Virus record (IMG/VR): IMGVR_UViG_3300025324_000011
Location: 1-64,000 of that record
DNA length: 64,000 nucleotides
Strand: one strand, 5' to 3'
Source: a virus
Shown here: positions 1 through 10,589 of the stretch, piece after piece
Numbering within the stretch: position 1 is the stretch's first letter
Layout: each line of letters begins with the position of its first letter
Notes under the pieces: model-generated
Told to the model about the DNA's origin: nothing
Database searches by the model: none
The model's input: only the letters and a program-made list of their open reading frames with translations
Made by a program: the position numbers and the translations under genes

Positions 1-29
1 GGGGGGGGGGGGTAGCGGAAGATCGAGGA

Positions 30-992
30 CTAAAGACTCATGGGCGGCCCGTACTTTTCTTCCTCCTCTTCAACTTGATCCCTGACGCCCTTAGCTTCCG
101 GCCTGTTTATTAGTTCGTGCAGTTTCCAGGCTGGCGTAACGGCCATCATTCCGGTTGTTCGTTTTACGCCCCAAGCTCCTACCGGCTCATCGGTTTTAAC
201 ATTCACTACTTGCTCGTAGCGAGAAAACATTCCCCAACACACTCCGAGCAGATAAGGCTTAAGGCCCCGCCGAGTTCCGAGCGCGGATGGTTCTCCTGGC
301 GGATCATAAAGGAAGACAGGAGATCCGCTGTATGCGCTCTGGCTGTATCTGATATCTACCAAAAAACTATAGATGTCGTGTCCGTCGTCGTGTCTTATGG
401 GCTCTTCCGGGAGCACCGCTACGTTGCCGAAGTGCAGTGAAGGAATGATTCGTTCCCTGCCCTGATGATGGGTGAATCGACCAAGAACGAAGCACTCATC
501 TCCGAGACCGTAGCCTCCAATTTGGAACGCCTCTTCCGGAACAGTGTCCCATGCGAGAACCGCTTGGGTCTGGTAAGGATGCGGGTACGGTGTTCTGAGG
601 AGATATGCTGCTAGGTCATTCTCCTCATCCAGAAGCCAAGCGTCCAGCGTGGTCGCAATGGTGTCAGTTTTACCGGCCTTCGTGTTAATTCGTATTGTCG
701 TTGCCTGCGAAGCGGTAACAACGTGATGGTTGGTAACCACATATAAATGAGATATCCTCCCCCCCGTGCGTCTCTTCTCGCGGAGGACAGAAAAAAGGAA
801 TCCGGTTCCGCCCCGAGTAGACTCCTCGGGTTCAGATCTCGGTAAAAGATAGACGATGCTGTATTGTAGAAGGTCTGGTAGCTTTGGCATGGCTCGCACC
901 CAGGCCCGGAGCGGAACTCCGGCGGCGCTATATCTGGTCTCGAAGTGCCCGAGCCAGTTCTTGCGCGGAGTCTCCGGGTCAGGCGGGATCAT
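30..992 (-). CDS. trypsin-like serine protease domain protein
   Basis: GTGF, VVTNHHVV (His), ENDLA (Asp) and YSGSPVF (Ser) occur in trypsin-fold order. Confidence 0.75.
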   Translation of the reverse strand: MIPPDPETPRKNWLGHFETRYSAAGVPLRAWVRAMPKLPDLLQYSIVYLLPRSEPEESTRGGTGFLFSVLREKRRTGGRISHLYVVTNHHVVTASQATTIRINTKAGKTDTIATTLDAWLLDEENDLAAYLLRTPYPHPYQTQAVLAWDTVPEEAFQIGGYGLGDECFVLGRFTHHQGRERIIPSLHFGNVAVLPEEPIRHDDGHDIYSFLVDIRYSQSAYSGSPVFLYDPPGEPSALGTRRGLKPYLLGVCWGMFSRYEQVVNVKTDEPVGAWGVKRTTGMMAVTPAWKLHELINRPEAKGVRDQVEEEEEKYGPPMSL

Positions 993-1230
993 ACCGCCTC
1001 CCGGGACATCGCGGCGGATGCCGTGCCGTGGCGGTCAAGGCGCGGGCGTGCCTTGCGCCCCACTACCGCCACCAGGCCGCTCACCGCGCACCCCCTGCCG
1101 GGCGGGGTGTCAAGGTCCGGGGCGGGGGAGCAACATGGTGGTACCCCACTACCCGCCTGACCAAGTTGTGCCATTTTCTTGTCCTTTCGCTGATACAATC
1201 AGCTATTCATGTATCCATGCGTGCCAATTT

Positions 1231-1491
1231 TTATTTCCCGTCACTGCGCGCGTTATTTGATTCTTCCTTCGCCCTCTCCGCCCATGCCAACAATCCAACT
1301 CTCAGTATATCAATAATCGGCCGCCATCCCTGTGCCGCCACGAAAAGGAGGAGGCACAGCAGGCCACCGCTGATCCACCATACGCGAGCGTCGAGATATG
1401 AGGCGAGCGCCTTGGTAAGCAAGCCCCATGCGAGGAATGCGAGCGCCGCAGTTGCGATGTCCGGCAGGGCGTCACGCATCCGAGCGGCCAT
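1231..1491 (-). CDS. small membrane protein
   Basis: Two hydrophobic segments; small TM genes commonly follow terL. Confidence 0.55.
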   Translation of the reverse strand: MAARMRDALPDIATAALAFLAWGLLTKALASYLDARVWWISGGLLCLLLFVAAQGWRPIIDILRVGLLAWAERAKEESNNARSDGK

Positions 1492-1828
1492 AGGCGTCCA
1501 GCAGCGCCTCCTGCAATCTGCTGATCAGTTTTTCTAGATCATCGCGCTCGAATACGGCAAAGAGCTGAGCGGGCTCGAAGCAGCCATCCCGCGACTCACA
1601 ATGAAAGTCCATGGAAACGGATGAACCATCGCCCTTCGATGCAAGAAGATGCCTTACCATCGCATCGGTTCCAGGCGCATCTATCGCTGATGTTATGTCT
1701 TGCGCCCAAAAATCAGTCTCTAGGCTATCACCCTTGATCAGCAGGTCGTCGAAGCCAACATCGTGATACTTCGCGAACACGGTGCCGGCGGGCAATGAAA
1801 GAAACACACCCAAGCTAACGATCCTCAT
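1472..1828 (-). CDS. hypothetical phage protein
   Basis: Likely start MRIVSLG after an AGGTTGAGAG RBS-like sequence; overlaps the next gene. Confidence 0.55.
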   Translation of the reverse strand: MRIVSLGVFLSLPAGTVFAKYHDVGFDDLLIKGDSLETDFWAQDITSAIDAPGTDAMVRHLLASKGDGSSVSMDFHCESRDGCFEPAQLFAVFERDDLEKLISRLQEALLDAYGRSDA

Positions 1829-1890
1829 GTCTCTCAACCTTCCTTTGCAGAAACGTTTCGCCTCGCCTGCAAGGATTTGCTGTTCCTTTC

Positions 1891-2127
1891 TTAGATCTCC
1901 GGGTAGCCGAAGAAGTCCGAGCAGTCTCTGTAGCACGCCTTCATCTCGCTCAAGCAATTCGGGGAGTAGTATGGACCGCCCCAACACTGAACCTCCTTGT
2001 CGCAGCAGTCGTAGCATGTCCAGGCATCGCTCACCATGCCGCAGGATGGTATCCATGCCGCTGCCGGCGCCACGATGACACCAATAAAACCAACGACAAC
2101 AACAAAAAACAAGCGTATGATCTTCAT
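1891..2127 (-). CDS. secreted cysteine-rich peptide
   Basis: AAGGAG RBS, signal peptide ending APAAA, 8 Cys in the mature part. Confidence 0.6.
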   Translation of the reverse strand: MKIIRLFFVVVVGFIGVIVAPAAAWIPSCGMVSDAWTCYDCCDKEVQCWGGPYYSPNCLSEMKACYRDCSDFFGYPEI

Positions 2128-2635
2128 GGTAGTTCTCCTTTTTTCGCTCAGGGCTCGTCGTAATCTCGTCCTACCATCGGAAACTCCGATAACGCAGCCG
2201 CCTCAAATGCTGCATTGCGGGCGTCAAAAGACCGCCATGCAATGATCATTTGCGCCTGCACCAGCCTAGCACTAGAGCCAGGCCAGGTGCACTGGATCGG
2301 TGACTGCGATTGAACAATCGCCAGAACGGCAAGTAGATAGCAATAGCAGCAAACGTCCCTTCCGACGCGTCTTTGCACTGCGCGATATCAACCAACGGCG
2401 CTCTCTGCGCCTGAACACAAGTGGTGATAAGGGCTCGGCCGAACAGAACGGCGCTGTGTTTGTACATGTCAATTTATTTCCTCCTTGATGAATCAGATAG
2501 ACGGCGGCAGTGCTGGCCTCAATGATAATCCGTGCCACTAGGTCAGGTCTTCGCCGCAGCCATCGCAGGTTATTTGAATAGTTTTGCCCATGGCTGCTAT
2601 TGTACAACTCATGAGGAGATGGTGTCAAGTACGGA

Positions 2636-4228
2636 TCAGAGGATTTCCCATCTCCTGCGCACTGGCGACCGCCTTCCGATCCAAGCGAGGATCTCGGAAA
2701 CAAATACGTCCTTACCGCTCAATGATGTTTTGCCCTTGCTATCACGATAAATGCCTAGCGCATCGTTGATCGCTGCGGCTGACGGATAGCCACCTTCGCC
2801 GCTTTTCGCGAATGCCAGAACCTCCCTGCCGGCGTCAAGCATAATCGGGTAAACGGGGCCGCTGGTTTGCCACCCGATTCTATCGCTAGCATCATAGAAT
2901 GCTGAATCAGGCACTGATTCACGATGGTAGATGGCCGACAATGGATAGCCGTTGTCCCTGAGCCGACGCAGGACAGTAATCCCGTGCTGATTCTTTTCTA
3001 TCACCAAAAAGGCAGGCTCTTGCGTATTGCGAGCATAGCGCCAACCTGCTGCCGCGATCTCGTCGGAGAACGCGATCGGCTCAATCCTCGAATCCTGGAA
3101 TACCGCCAACAACTTCCAGGAGTTGAATGATCTCGCGACAAATGCCGATCTATCGCCTCCAACTCCCTCAGCGGTATCGGCCCCGATGATAACGCGATCT
3201 GTCATCGGATCGAAATCAGAGAAGATTTCAAGCGTTCCGCTCCTTTCCTTCTTAATAGGCGTCGGAGCGCGTTGAGATAGATCTCTGAGTGTTTTTATAT
3301 CGTAGAATAGGTTGCCGCCGGTAAGCCAGCACGATTCATCGTCTTCGGGATATTCACGGAGGAACAGCGGCTCGCTTTCGCCGTAGACAAGCCTGATCCT
3401 CTCACGCCTCCATTTGATTTGCTCGTGATCCAACCCATGACGATGCAGCAATGCTTCTTCGATATCCGTTAAAGCCCCAAGCTCATCCGGTTCATCAAGC
3501 GGCAGCCTGTAGCGCAGCGGGTCACATTTCCACCACGGGAAGAACAGCGGCTTGAACTCACTCCTGCCATCTCGCGCGCGCCGCCATTCTTGATGCGCCT
3601 CGCAGTCGAAAAACGATGGCGTCGTTTCGATTAAAACAGACGATTCCGGGACCTTCTCCATGCTAGGAGAGAAACCAGCCAACACTTCCCTTGGATCGGC
3701 ATAAAAGGCAAATTCAGAGAGATGCAACTGCGTTAAGGTCCCGCCGCGGCCAGAGACCTTGGATCCCGCTGTCCCTGTCCAGAAATGTGAATCGCGCTCA
3801 GTGAACGTTACTTCGTGTGTGTCCTTGGCCCCCTTCTTTGGCAAGAGGGCGGCTGGAAATGCTTTCATCGCGCGGCGTGTAATCTCGAAGATCTTACCAG
3901 TTTCGTCGAGAGCGTGTGTCAACGTCATTGCATCGCGGCCCCTGCGCGACCATATGCAATTCAGGTTATCGGCCTGCGCATAGGTCGTTACCCCGGGCTG
4001 CCGCGCCTTGAGTACGTATTGCCGAGACCTTCCGTACCTTCTGAGTTGTCGTAGCTTATCGGCGTGAATTGCGCGCTGCACCTCGTTGAGGTCGAATCGG
4101 ATTAGCGCCCCGCTCTCGATACGGATTCTATAGCAGGTATAACACCAGCGAGGGAAGCTGCGCTTCAGCCATTTGATTCGTTCGTGCGCCTCTGCAAGGC
4201 TACTCCCCACAGCGTCGGAATGAATCAT
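2636..4228 (-). CDS. terL: terminase large subunit
   Basis: LKARQPGVTT Walker A-like, LHLSE Walker B, ETTP coupling motif, RNase H-like IIGADTAEG and IEKNQHG; ATGA overlap with terS. Confidence 0.92.
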   Translation of the reverse strand: MIHSDAVGSSLAEAHERIKWLKRSFPRWCYTCYRIRIESGALIRFDLNEVQRAIHADKLRQLRRYGRSRQYVLKARQPGVTTYAQADNLNCIWSRRGRDAMTLTHALDETGKIFEITRRAMKAFPAALLPKKGAKDTHEVTFTERDSHFWTGTAGSKVSGRGGTLTQLHLSEFAFYADPREVLAGFSPSMEKVPESSVLIETTPSFFDCEAHQEWRRARDGRSEFKPLFFPWWKCDPLRYRLPLDEPDELGALTDIEEALLHRHGLDHEQIKWRRERIRLVYGESEPLFLREYPEDDESCWLTGGNLFYDIKTLRDLSQRAPTPIKKERSGTLEIFSDFDPMTDRVIIGADTAEGVGGDRSAFVARSFNSWKLLAVFQDSRIEPIAFSDEIAAAGWRYARNTQEPAFLVIEKNQHGITVLRRLRDNGYPLSAIYHRESVPDSAFYDASDRIGWQTSGPVYPIMLDAGREVLAFAKSGEGGYPSAAAINDALGIYRDSKGKTSLSGKDVFVSEILAWIGRRSPVRRRWEIL

Positions 4229-4695
4229 TTCTCGATCTTCTTCCGCCGCCGCTCCCTCATCATCTCCTTCCTCTTCTCCTCCCATGCGTCTGTTTCTTGG
4301 AGGATCTCATCCACGGACACGCTCAAGTGGCCGCTGACTTGGCGGGTGTTCGTGAATGCCCCGCCCATCTCCTTGGCGGCATATTCCAGTAATGCATCTC
4401 GCCGCGCTGGATTTTTCGTCTTCCTGTAGGAATGATCTGCCATATCCAGGCGCCACACCTTCTGGGCGATCCCGATTTCAGCGATGCTATTGAGATATTT
4501 CTCTCGGGTGGCTTGCCAGAGATCATGCCATTTCTTGGCGATCCTGACTTGCAATGGATTGTATCTATTGACGTGCTGACGCAGAATTTCGACGCCGAAT
4601 TCCTCTTTTACTTCGTCCGCTACCTCCTGCGGACTCCTGTAACAGGCGAGGCGTTGAATGATGAAGACTTTTTGCTCTTCTGTTAGGTTTGGCAT
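4225..4695 (-). CDS. terS: terminase small subunit (DUF2280-like)
   Basis: LTEEQKVFIIQRLACYRSPQEVADEVKEEFG is a DUF2280-type N-terminus; lies directly upstream of terL. Confidence 0.85.
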   Translation of the reverse strand: MPNLTEEQKVFIIQRLACYRSPQEVADEVKEEFGVEILRQHVNRYNPLQVRIAKKWHDLWQATREKYLNSIAEIGIAQKVWRLDMADHSYRKTKNPARRDALLEYAAKEMGGAFTNTRQVSGHLSVSVDEILQETDAWEEKRKEMMRERRRKKIEK

Positions 4696-4720
4696 AAATA
4701 TCCAAAAGTAAACGTTTAGT

Positions 4721-4932
4721 CTAATGTAGCTCGGCGAGCCAGGTGCGCAAGTCGATTACACAAAACACCAACGTGTCTCCACCGTCGATATACTGATCCT
4801 CGGTACGCTCCACCGTAGTACCGCCGTCACTTAACCGCCAAGCAATCAACTGGCGACGCATTTGCGTCTTTCGCCCTTCGATGATGGCGCGCACCTCCGA
4901 GGCCAACAAATAGATGTGGGGCGCTTTTTCAT
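4721..4932 (-). pseudogene. frameshifted ASCH-like N-terminal remnant
   Basis: MKKRP, then out of frame IYLLASEVRAIIEGRKTQMRR, resembling the MKERPILF..VRAIL.GRKTQTRR phage ASCH-like start. Confidence 0.5.
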
Positions 4933-4954
4933 TGGATGCTCATTTCAATTTTGA

Positions 4955-5551
4955 TTATTGATCATTCGTATGCCGGAGTCTAGACAATAAAATACGCGCA
5001 CATCGAACTGTAGCGCGCACGTCCTCTATGGCATCATGCGCCTGCGCCAGCTCAACGCCGAGCCACGCGCAGATGGTTCCGAGCTTGTGATTCGCGAGCT
5101 TTGTATCGCTCAGTAATGAAACCCAGCGAGCAAGGGCAAGCGTGTCTAGCGCCTCGTAACAAGCGGCTGGGCAGAATACACCAGCTCGCCTAAACCATGC
5201 GGCAAGGAATTCGCCGTCGAATCTGGCATTATGTCCAGCGACCCTCGCAACCGTATACATAGAACCCTTCGCGGAGATCTTTTCGAGTGTTGCATGGCGC
5301 CTGAATAGATCGCAGATTTTGCCCATTGCGATTGCCGGTGAAACAGCCGAGCGCCATGCTTCCTCTGAATAGCCATTAATGCGCAAAGCATCGGCATCTG
5401 CCGCCTGCGGATCGAACTTTATTTTCAACTCAAGCGATTCGATTTCTTCCCACGAACCGTCAATCACGATAGCGGCGAATTGAATGATCGGATGTCGCTG
5501 CGGATCTAGGCCGCCTGTTTCGACGTCGAAGAATACGATTCGATCGAACAT
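4955..5551 (-). CDS. DnaQ-like DEDDh 3'-5' exonuclease
   Basis: FFDVETGG, GHNARFD and AHDAIED motifs. Confidence 0.9.
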   Translation of the reverse strand: MFDRIVFFDVETGGLDPQRHPIIQFAAIVIDGSWEEIESLELKIKFDPQAADADALRINGYSEEAWRSAVSPAIAMGKICDLFRRHATLEKISAKGSMYTVARVAGHNARFDGEFLAAWFRRAGVFCPAACYEALDTLALARWVSLLSDTKLANHKLGTICAWLGVELAQAHDAIEDVRATVRCARILLSRLRHTNDQ

Positions 5552-5553
5552 TC

Positions 5554-5853
5554 TTAGCCCTTCCTCTCGCAGGGTGGACGATGGCCCCCAAGGAAGCGAA
5601 ACCAATTCTCTCCGCAGTCCACGGAGAATTCCTCGTTGTTGTTATATTTGAACCGCATGAGTAGGCCGCACTTCTTGCATTCAGCCCATGCCAGATTTTG
5701 ATAATTCCACTTGTGTCGACCGTTGTTACTCATGTTTGATCTAGCTCCTCTTCCTTTGAACGCAGCGCCCATGCCCTGCAATATCGATACAAGCATTACA
5801 GCCGCCGCAAACAAGCCTGACAAGAAGATGATTCCGTAAGCGATGTCCTCCAT
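5554..5853 (-). CDS. membrane-anchored small Zn-finger-like protein
   Basis: N-terminal TM helix; HKW..CKKCG..PPC. Confidence 0.45.
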   Translation of the reverse strand: MEDIAYGIIFLSGLFAAAVMLVSILQGMGAAFKGRGARSNMSNNGRHKWNYQNLAWAECKKCGLLMRFKYNNNEEFSVDCGENWFRFLGGHRPPCERKG

Positions 5854-5856
5854 GCT

Positions 5857-6495
5857 TCATGTCGCCTTCGCCAAGCACGTACCGCAAGCAAGTGCGACCT
5901 TAGCCTGAGCAATCCGCGGGCCTCGCTTGGATGCTTCGATGAAACCGCGCGCTCCCATGGTCGCATCGATTCCAAAATCTTCTACAACGTCATTGAACTG
6001 TTCGATATCGTGTCCGCAGACTTCCCAGACTGGTAGCCCCTTCTTCGGGCCAGCCTTGTGGAACATCGGGCCATAATCGTTTTCTTTTTGGGCGCAATGG
6101 CATAACTCATGCTTTGCCAAAGCGCACCACGACGCATCATCTGCGGCCAGCGCCGCTTCAACCCAGAACGTCAGACGAAAATCAGGCCATTCTTCGGGAT
6201 CATCTCCAAAGAATTTAGCCATTGACCATTCCCAAATATTTCTCTCCCATCCGAAGGCGCCGAGTGGTGGGCGCATGATCTGAGCAGTTCCAGCCAAGAT
6301 TCGTCCTTTGCTTTTCGCCTCAGGACGAGCCCAGAGGACGCCGATGCTCGCTTGATCCAAGATCGCATGCCGCTCCGAGAAGAGGGGGCCGCGCGGATCG
6401 ATGAATGAAGCGCGTAGCCACTCTTCAAGTACAGGAGAGCGCATGAAGTCGGCCGCGTTCTCTGGCGGCATCGGTCGCCAGAGATAGTCAACCAT
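5857..6495 (-). CDS. putative phage metallopeptidase
   Basis: HELCH zincin motif, GHDIEQFNDVVEDFG, C-terminal ACGTC. Confidence 0.8.
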   Translation of the reverse strand: MVDYLWRPMPPENAADFMRSPVLEEWLRASFIDPRGPLFSERHAILDQASIGVLWARPEAKSKGRILAGTAQIMRPPLGAFGWERNIWEWSMAKFFGDDPEEWPDFRLTFWVEAALAADDASWCALAKHELCHCAQKENDYGPMFHKAGPKKGLPVWEVCGHDIEQFNDVVEDFGIDATMGARGFIEASKRGPRIAQAKVALACGTCLAKAT

Positions 6496-6898
6496 CCCCT
6501 GGCCTTCGTTCCGTGATATTCAATCGCCCAATCGCCGCAGCTATCTCTTCCGCCGTCTTTCTTCCTATTCCATCAAGCTTAAGTAATTCACCGAGGCTCA
6601 ACTCGGATATGTCCTCCATGCAGTTAAGGCCGTGCGCACGCAGGGCGTTTGCTGCTCTCGTCGAAAGACCAGAAAGGCCGCTGAGCTGAGAGGCGATTAC
6701 TCGTACACCATCAAGGGGGACCAGCGTGCCACTGTCTCCGAACGGCGGATACGTCACCACGGAAAAGTCACCAATCTTTGCAACTGATTTCAACCGCAAG
6801 ATCTTGCGGCGCTCGTAAACCTTCGCGAAGTAGACCCCCAAGTAGAACCCGCCGATTGTGAAGATGATCCCGGAAACAATAATCATCAGGTTATCCAC
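6488..6898 (-). CDS. TM-anchored RNA polymerase alpha-CTD-like (HhH) protein
   Basis: N-terminal TM; GLSTRAANAL...ELLKLDGIGRKTAEEI fits the alpha-CTD pattern LSVRSxNCL...ELLKxxNLGxKSLxEI. Confidence 0.7.
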   Translation of the reverse strand: MDNLMIIVSGIIFTIGGFYLGVYFAKVYERRKILRLKSVAKIGDFSVVTYPPFGDSGTLVPLDGVRVIASQLSGLSGLSTRAANALRAHGLNCMEDISELSLGELLKLDGIGRKTAEEIAAAIGRLNITERRPGDG

Positions 6899-7172
6899 TT
6901 TGTAGCCTCCCTCGATCGCCTACCATCTCATCTTGGAAAAAATGGACGCCAGCTGCCCGCTGTCAACACCGAGTATCCGCAAGAAGCCGATCCTGTCAAC
7001 CGCAATGATCCGCGCCCACAACAGCAATTCACCGCGGCATTGCGGGTCGAGTTTCATCCGATCTCGGTTGCACCACTCGCAGGCGGTGTCAGCAAAGTGT
7101 GGTTCCTCGCATTTTCTGCAGCGTATGACATGGCGCGTTTTCTCCTCTTGACCTTGACCGGTGCCCATTCTC

Positions 7173-7973
7173 TCACTGCTCATTTTGCAGGCCGTCTCGG
7201 CGGCTATGGGTTATCACCTCTACCACTAGCCCGCCTCCGCGCAAAAGGCGTGCGAAGTCTTTCAGCGCCGCAACGTTCTCCGCGCGCGCGTCGTCGGTTT
7301 CTCCCATCTCGTCATCGAGCGGAACATGCAGCCTTCCACCAGACCATTCAATCGATGCCGAGTGTTTGACGATATCTATACTGATCACATTGCCACCTTT
7401 CTCAATTTGCCCCTCTACGTCGCGCGCGAGGGAGACGATGGCGCGCGGTATTTGCGATAGGCTAGCAACCCTGGCTTCCGCAAGAGCATCAACGGGACTC
7501 CCATCTATCTCGATTTTCCAACGATGCGCTGGATGCCAAGAGATAATGAGCTCGGCACGATTATCCAGCCGGCGGCGAAACTCGATCAAGGCTTGAGCGA
7601 ACGAGACGGGTACCGCATCATGATCCGATGATTCTTCTTGCGGTCCGCGATATTCAATCGCCACAACGATAACGCGACCCCCATCAATTGAGCCGACTGA
7701 ATACACCCGCCAATTGTTGGACTTGGCTTCGTCGAACATGTCAAAGAAGCGGCGCGGCGCTGGCTTAAAGTCCGCAAATGGATCATTTGGATTCAACTCA
7801 ATTAGGCACTCAATCTGCTCAATCAGGTTAAGCGAAAGTAATTCTTGCGTCATTGCGCAGCTCGCAAGGTTGTTCTCCAGGCACTGCGCGACCCATTGCC
7901 CGCTCTGCTGAAACACAACCGCCCTTAGCGCTATCACCATTTCCTGGCTGATCAGTTTACTGCTTGCCATCAT
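7173..7973 (-). CDS. hypothetical protein with HicB-like N-terminal domain
   Basis: VVFQQSGQWVAQCLENNLASCA resembles the HicB partial RNase H fold. Confidence 0.45.
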   Translation of the reverse strand: MMASSKLISQEMVIALRAVVFQQSGQWVAQCLENNLASCAMTQELLSLNLIEQIECLIELNPNDPFADFKPAPRRFFDMFDEAKSNNWRVYSVGSIDGGRVIVVAIEYRGPQEESSDHDAVPVSFAQALIEFRRRLDNRAELIISWHPAHRWKIEIDGSPVDALAEARVASLSQIPRAIVSLARDVEGQIEKGGNVISIDIVKHSASIEWSGGRLHVPLDDEMGETDDARAENVAALKDFARLLRGGGLVVEVITHSRRDGLQNEQ

Positions 7974-7989
7974 GGCTCCCTCGTTTCCA

Positions 7990-8229
7990 CTATTGCGTTA
8001 ACTCAAACGGATCGCTCGTAAACAATGCAATGGGGCTCTGTGTGGCGCCCGATCGAACGCTAACCCAGATTGGCTTTCCGGCCGCGATATCTGCTAATTC
8101 ATCAACCGATGGGCGCCAGCAGGAAATGCACCTCTCGCCGTCCGTGAAAACGTGGAGATGGCCGCAGTCGTCCAGGGAATCAGGGGGACCGAGAATGCGA
8201 TTTGACTGCGGAAATCGGCTTGGTGTCAT
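7990..8229 (-). CDS. hypothetical phage protein
   Basis: ORF downstream of a TTGACA-17-TAAGAT promoter; ISCWRPS..EL motif. Confidence 0.6.
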   Translation of the reverse strand: MTPSRFPQSNRILGPPDSLDDCGHLHVFTDGERCISCWRPSVDELADIAAGKPIWVSVRSGATQSPIALFTSDPFELTQ

Positions 8230-8250
8230 TTCATGGATTCCGTACTGGCA

Positions 8251-8279
8251 ATCTTACGCTAAGTCAGCTCGGTTGTCAA
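8251..8279 (-). promoter_or_regulatory. sigma70-type promoter
   Basis: TTGACA-17 bp-TAAGAT on the minus strand. Confidence 0.7.
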
Positions 8280-8651
8280 GCTTCCGACGCCGAGGTTAAA
8301 ACTCTCCGGTTGGTTAAGAATCTATCGCTTTTGGCCAGTCGGAAGCTGACAGCTCGGGAGAGATCATCAAGCAATGGTGGGCGCGCTTCCGCGCTACCGT
8401 CGCTTCCAAGCTTCGAACCTGACGGACGGTCAACGCGATTGATTTGCGGATCTGCCGCATGCCGTTATGGCGAGGAATCGCCGGAAGCGGATCATGGCAT
8501 CCACAGACACAAGGACCCGCCTCGGTTGCGATCCAACCGCAGCGAATTCTGGCGCCGGGGCCAGGACGGGGACAAAACGGACAGGGCACAATAGCCTCGT
8601 GTAAATACCTTCTCGCACACGAGGCAGTGTGCCACTATAGTAGTACACATG

Positions 8652-9434
8652 TCAAGCCCTTTCGTCGAAAGATCTTTGGCAATCAGCGCAACAGGGACGA
8701 CGGCTTGCGGTCGTGAGCCGCATGGTCGTCTCTTCACCGCAACAAAAGCACCGAAGAATACGCGGGATCGGCCGAGACGCGCTCCTAGTATGATATTGCT
8801 CTGCTGGACTCCGAGGCGGCTGCGGTTCTGTAATTCGATTGTTTCGCGCGAAGGTACGGGAGGCTTGTTTATTGAGCCTCGCTCGCTCACGGGCCTCAGC
8901 AATGATACCGGGATCAAGTCTCCCATCGCTGAGCGACCACTGCGAACGCATGCTGAAGCCGTCTACCTTGATTAAATTTTTCTTGGTCGCCTTTTTCCGA
9001 GCGCCATAAAGCAGTCCATCGTCTGTGAATCCAGAAGCCCTAAGCTCCGCTAGGGCACTGCGCCCACTCATGCTCCCGCCGTTTTTCCTGAGTATTCTCA
9101 GGATCGCCGAGACGCAAGCATCCACCTCGCGGGAATCGCGCCAGCTAAGCCGTTCACGACGCGGTAAGAATTTCACGTTGAATCTCGCGTTCTTGATATC
9201 CTGTCCGTCGCCAATAAACCAGACGGCGGCAGAGGTATTCCCGGAGATCGAAATCTTGGCCCGAATGCGAGCCCTGCGGATAACCTTCATCCCGAATCCG
9301 CGCGCCCTCAATTCGCCGACAATCCATGTTGATCGCTGCGGTCCGCGTTTTCGCAGTAATTCGATGGCGAGCGCAGCGCATTGCTCAGTTTTACTCATTG
9401 CTTGGTCTGCGGTGAAGAGCGGTCCGCTTGCCAC
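8652..9434 (-). CDS. putative DNA-binding protein (repeated wHTH-like units, C-terminal CxxC/CxxC)
   Basis: Two similar basic helical segments; CFCC...CADC. Confidence 0.45.
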   Translation of the reverse strand: MASGPLFTADQAMSKTEQCAALAIELLRKRGPQRSTWIVGELRARGFGMKVIRRARIRAKISISGNTSAAVWFIGDGQDIKNARFNVKFLPRRERLSWRDSREVDACVSAILRILRKNGGSMSGRSALAELRASGFTDDGLLYGARKKATKKNLIKVDGFSMRSQWSLSDGRLDPGIIAEARERARLNKQASRTFARNNRITEPQPPRSPAEQYHTRSASRPIPRILRCFCCGEETTMRLTTASRRPCCADCQRSFDERA

Positions 9435-10476
9435 CTATATGCTACCGTTGGTAGCGACATATTGAGCCATCGCGAAAGCCATAGATGTGCCAGCTGATCT
9501 GGCGGTTTCTCAAATAGATCGCCTTGTTCACCTAGTCGCGCAATCGAATCTAAGTTTTGTTTTATCCCAGCTTCCTTCGCCAGAAGCGCCACATAGTAAT
9601 CGTCGTTGACCTCGATATGCAGAAAAACAGAACGGCCACATCTCGCGCAAAATCCGAAGTCAATATTTGCGGCGATAAACCAGACGCACGGGCTTTGCAC
9701 TGCCCTTATCCGAGTGGTTCAAACGGTCTTTGTTCGCCGTTAAGCAGCTCAATCGCTGCCTCGATTTTCGCAAGCCTATTCTCAAGCGAAATGAGTGCTT
9801 CAATGATGGCTTCCCGTAAGCTAGCGTTGAACGCTGCTTCATCGATCAATAAAAAGTCTTCCTTTTTTTCCATTTCTTCATCCCGGTTTGCAGAAGCTCC
9901 GAGCCAGCGACCGCAAGGAGAGCAACCGATCGATTCTTCGAGAAAACTCCGACTCGAAAAGCAATGAACTACTATCGATCGCATCTAGGACTTCCAAGAC
10001 TACCGATAGTGGCAAGACACTGAATCGGTTTGCCGTTCCAGCGTCTTCGGCGAGACGCGCGTCTATAGCCCGCCCCGCATTCATTGACCATTCTTTCTGC
10101 TCATATTCAGGCTTCATACCAAAAGCTCCGCGGGGCGTGAGTAGAGTACAGCTCTCTGAAAAGCGAGCATCTCGCCAGTCGTGCGCTTGCGCGGATCGCG
10201 ATAACTCCGTCGTGATGCGCCGCGATAGACAAAACGCGATCCGTAAGCATGCAAAATGCATACGCAGAAGCCGCCTTGCTGGAATTCGTAGGAAACCGCC
10301 AAAGATCCAATATTTTCCACGAGCGGAACGGATAGAGGAATGCGGCCTTTCTTGGCCCAAGTCATGATCGCAGAACGTTCCATTTCATTCAGTGGGCGGA
10401 ACTCATTGCTCATTGCGGTCTCCTTCCCTCTCGGGGAATTCAAGGAACGCCATCGGTTGGCGCGGCGATTTACAGA

Positions 10477-10505
10477 ATCTTACGCTAAATCTACATCTCT
10501 GTCAA
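10477..10505 (-). promoter_or_regulatory. sigma70-type promoter
   Basis: TTGACA-17 bp-TAAGAT; shares TTAGCGTAAGATT with the promoter at 8251. Confidence 0.7.
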
Positions 10506-10589
10506 GATGCGTCCGCAGGTAATTTTGGCATATGCCCAGAAGGCCAACCGCCGCGAGCATTACGCCAGAGTTGATGTCCTGCGCTGTGT

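Noticed and set aside
1-12. poly-G run at the window start
   Set aside because: Probably a contig-end or sequencing artefact; nothing supports a function.
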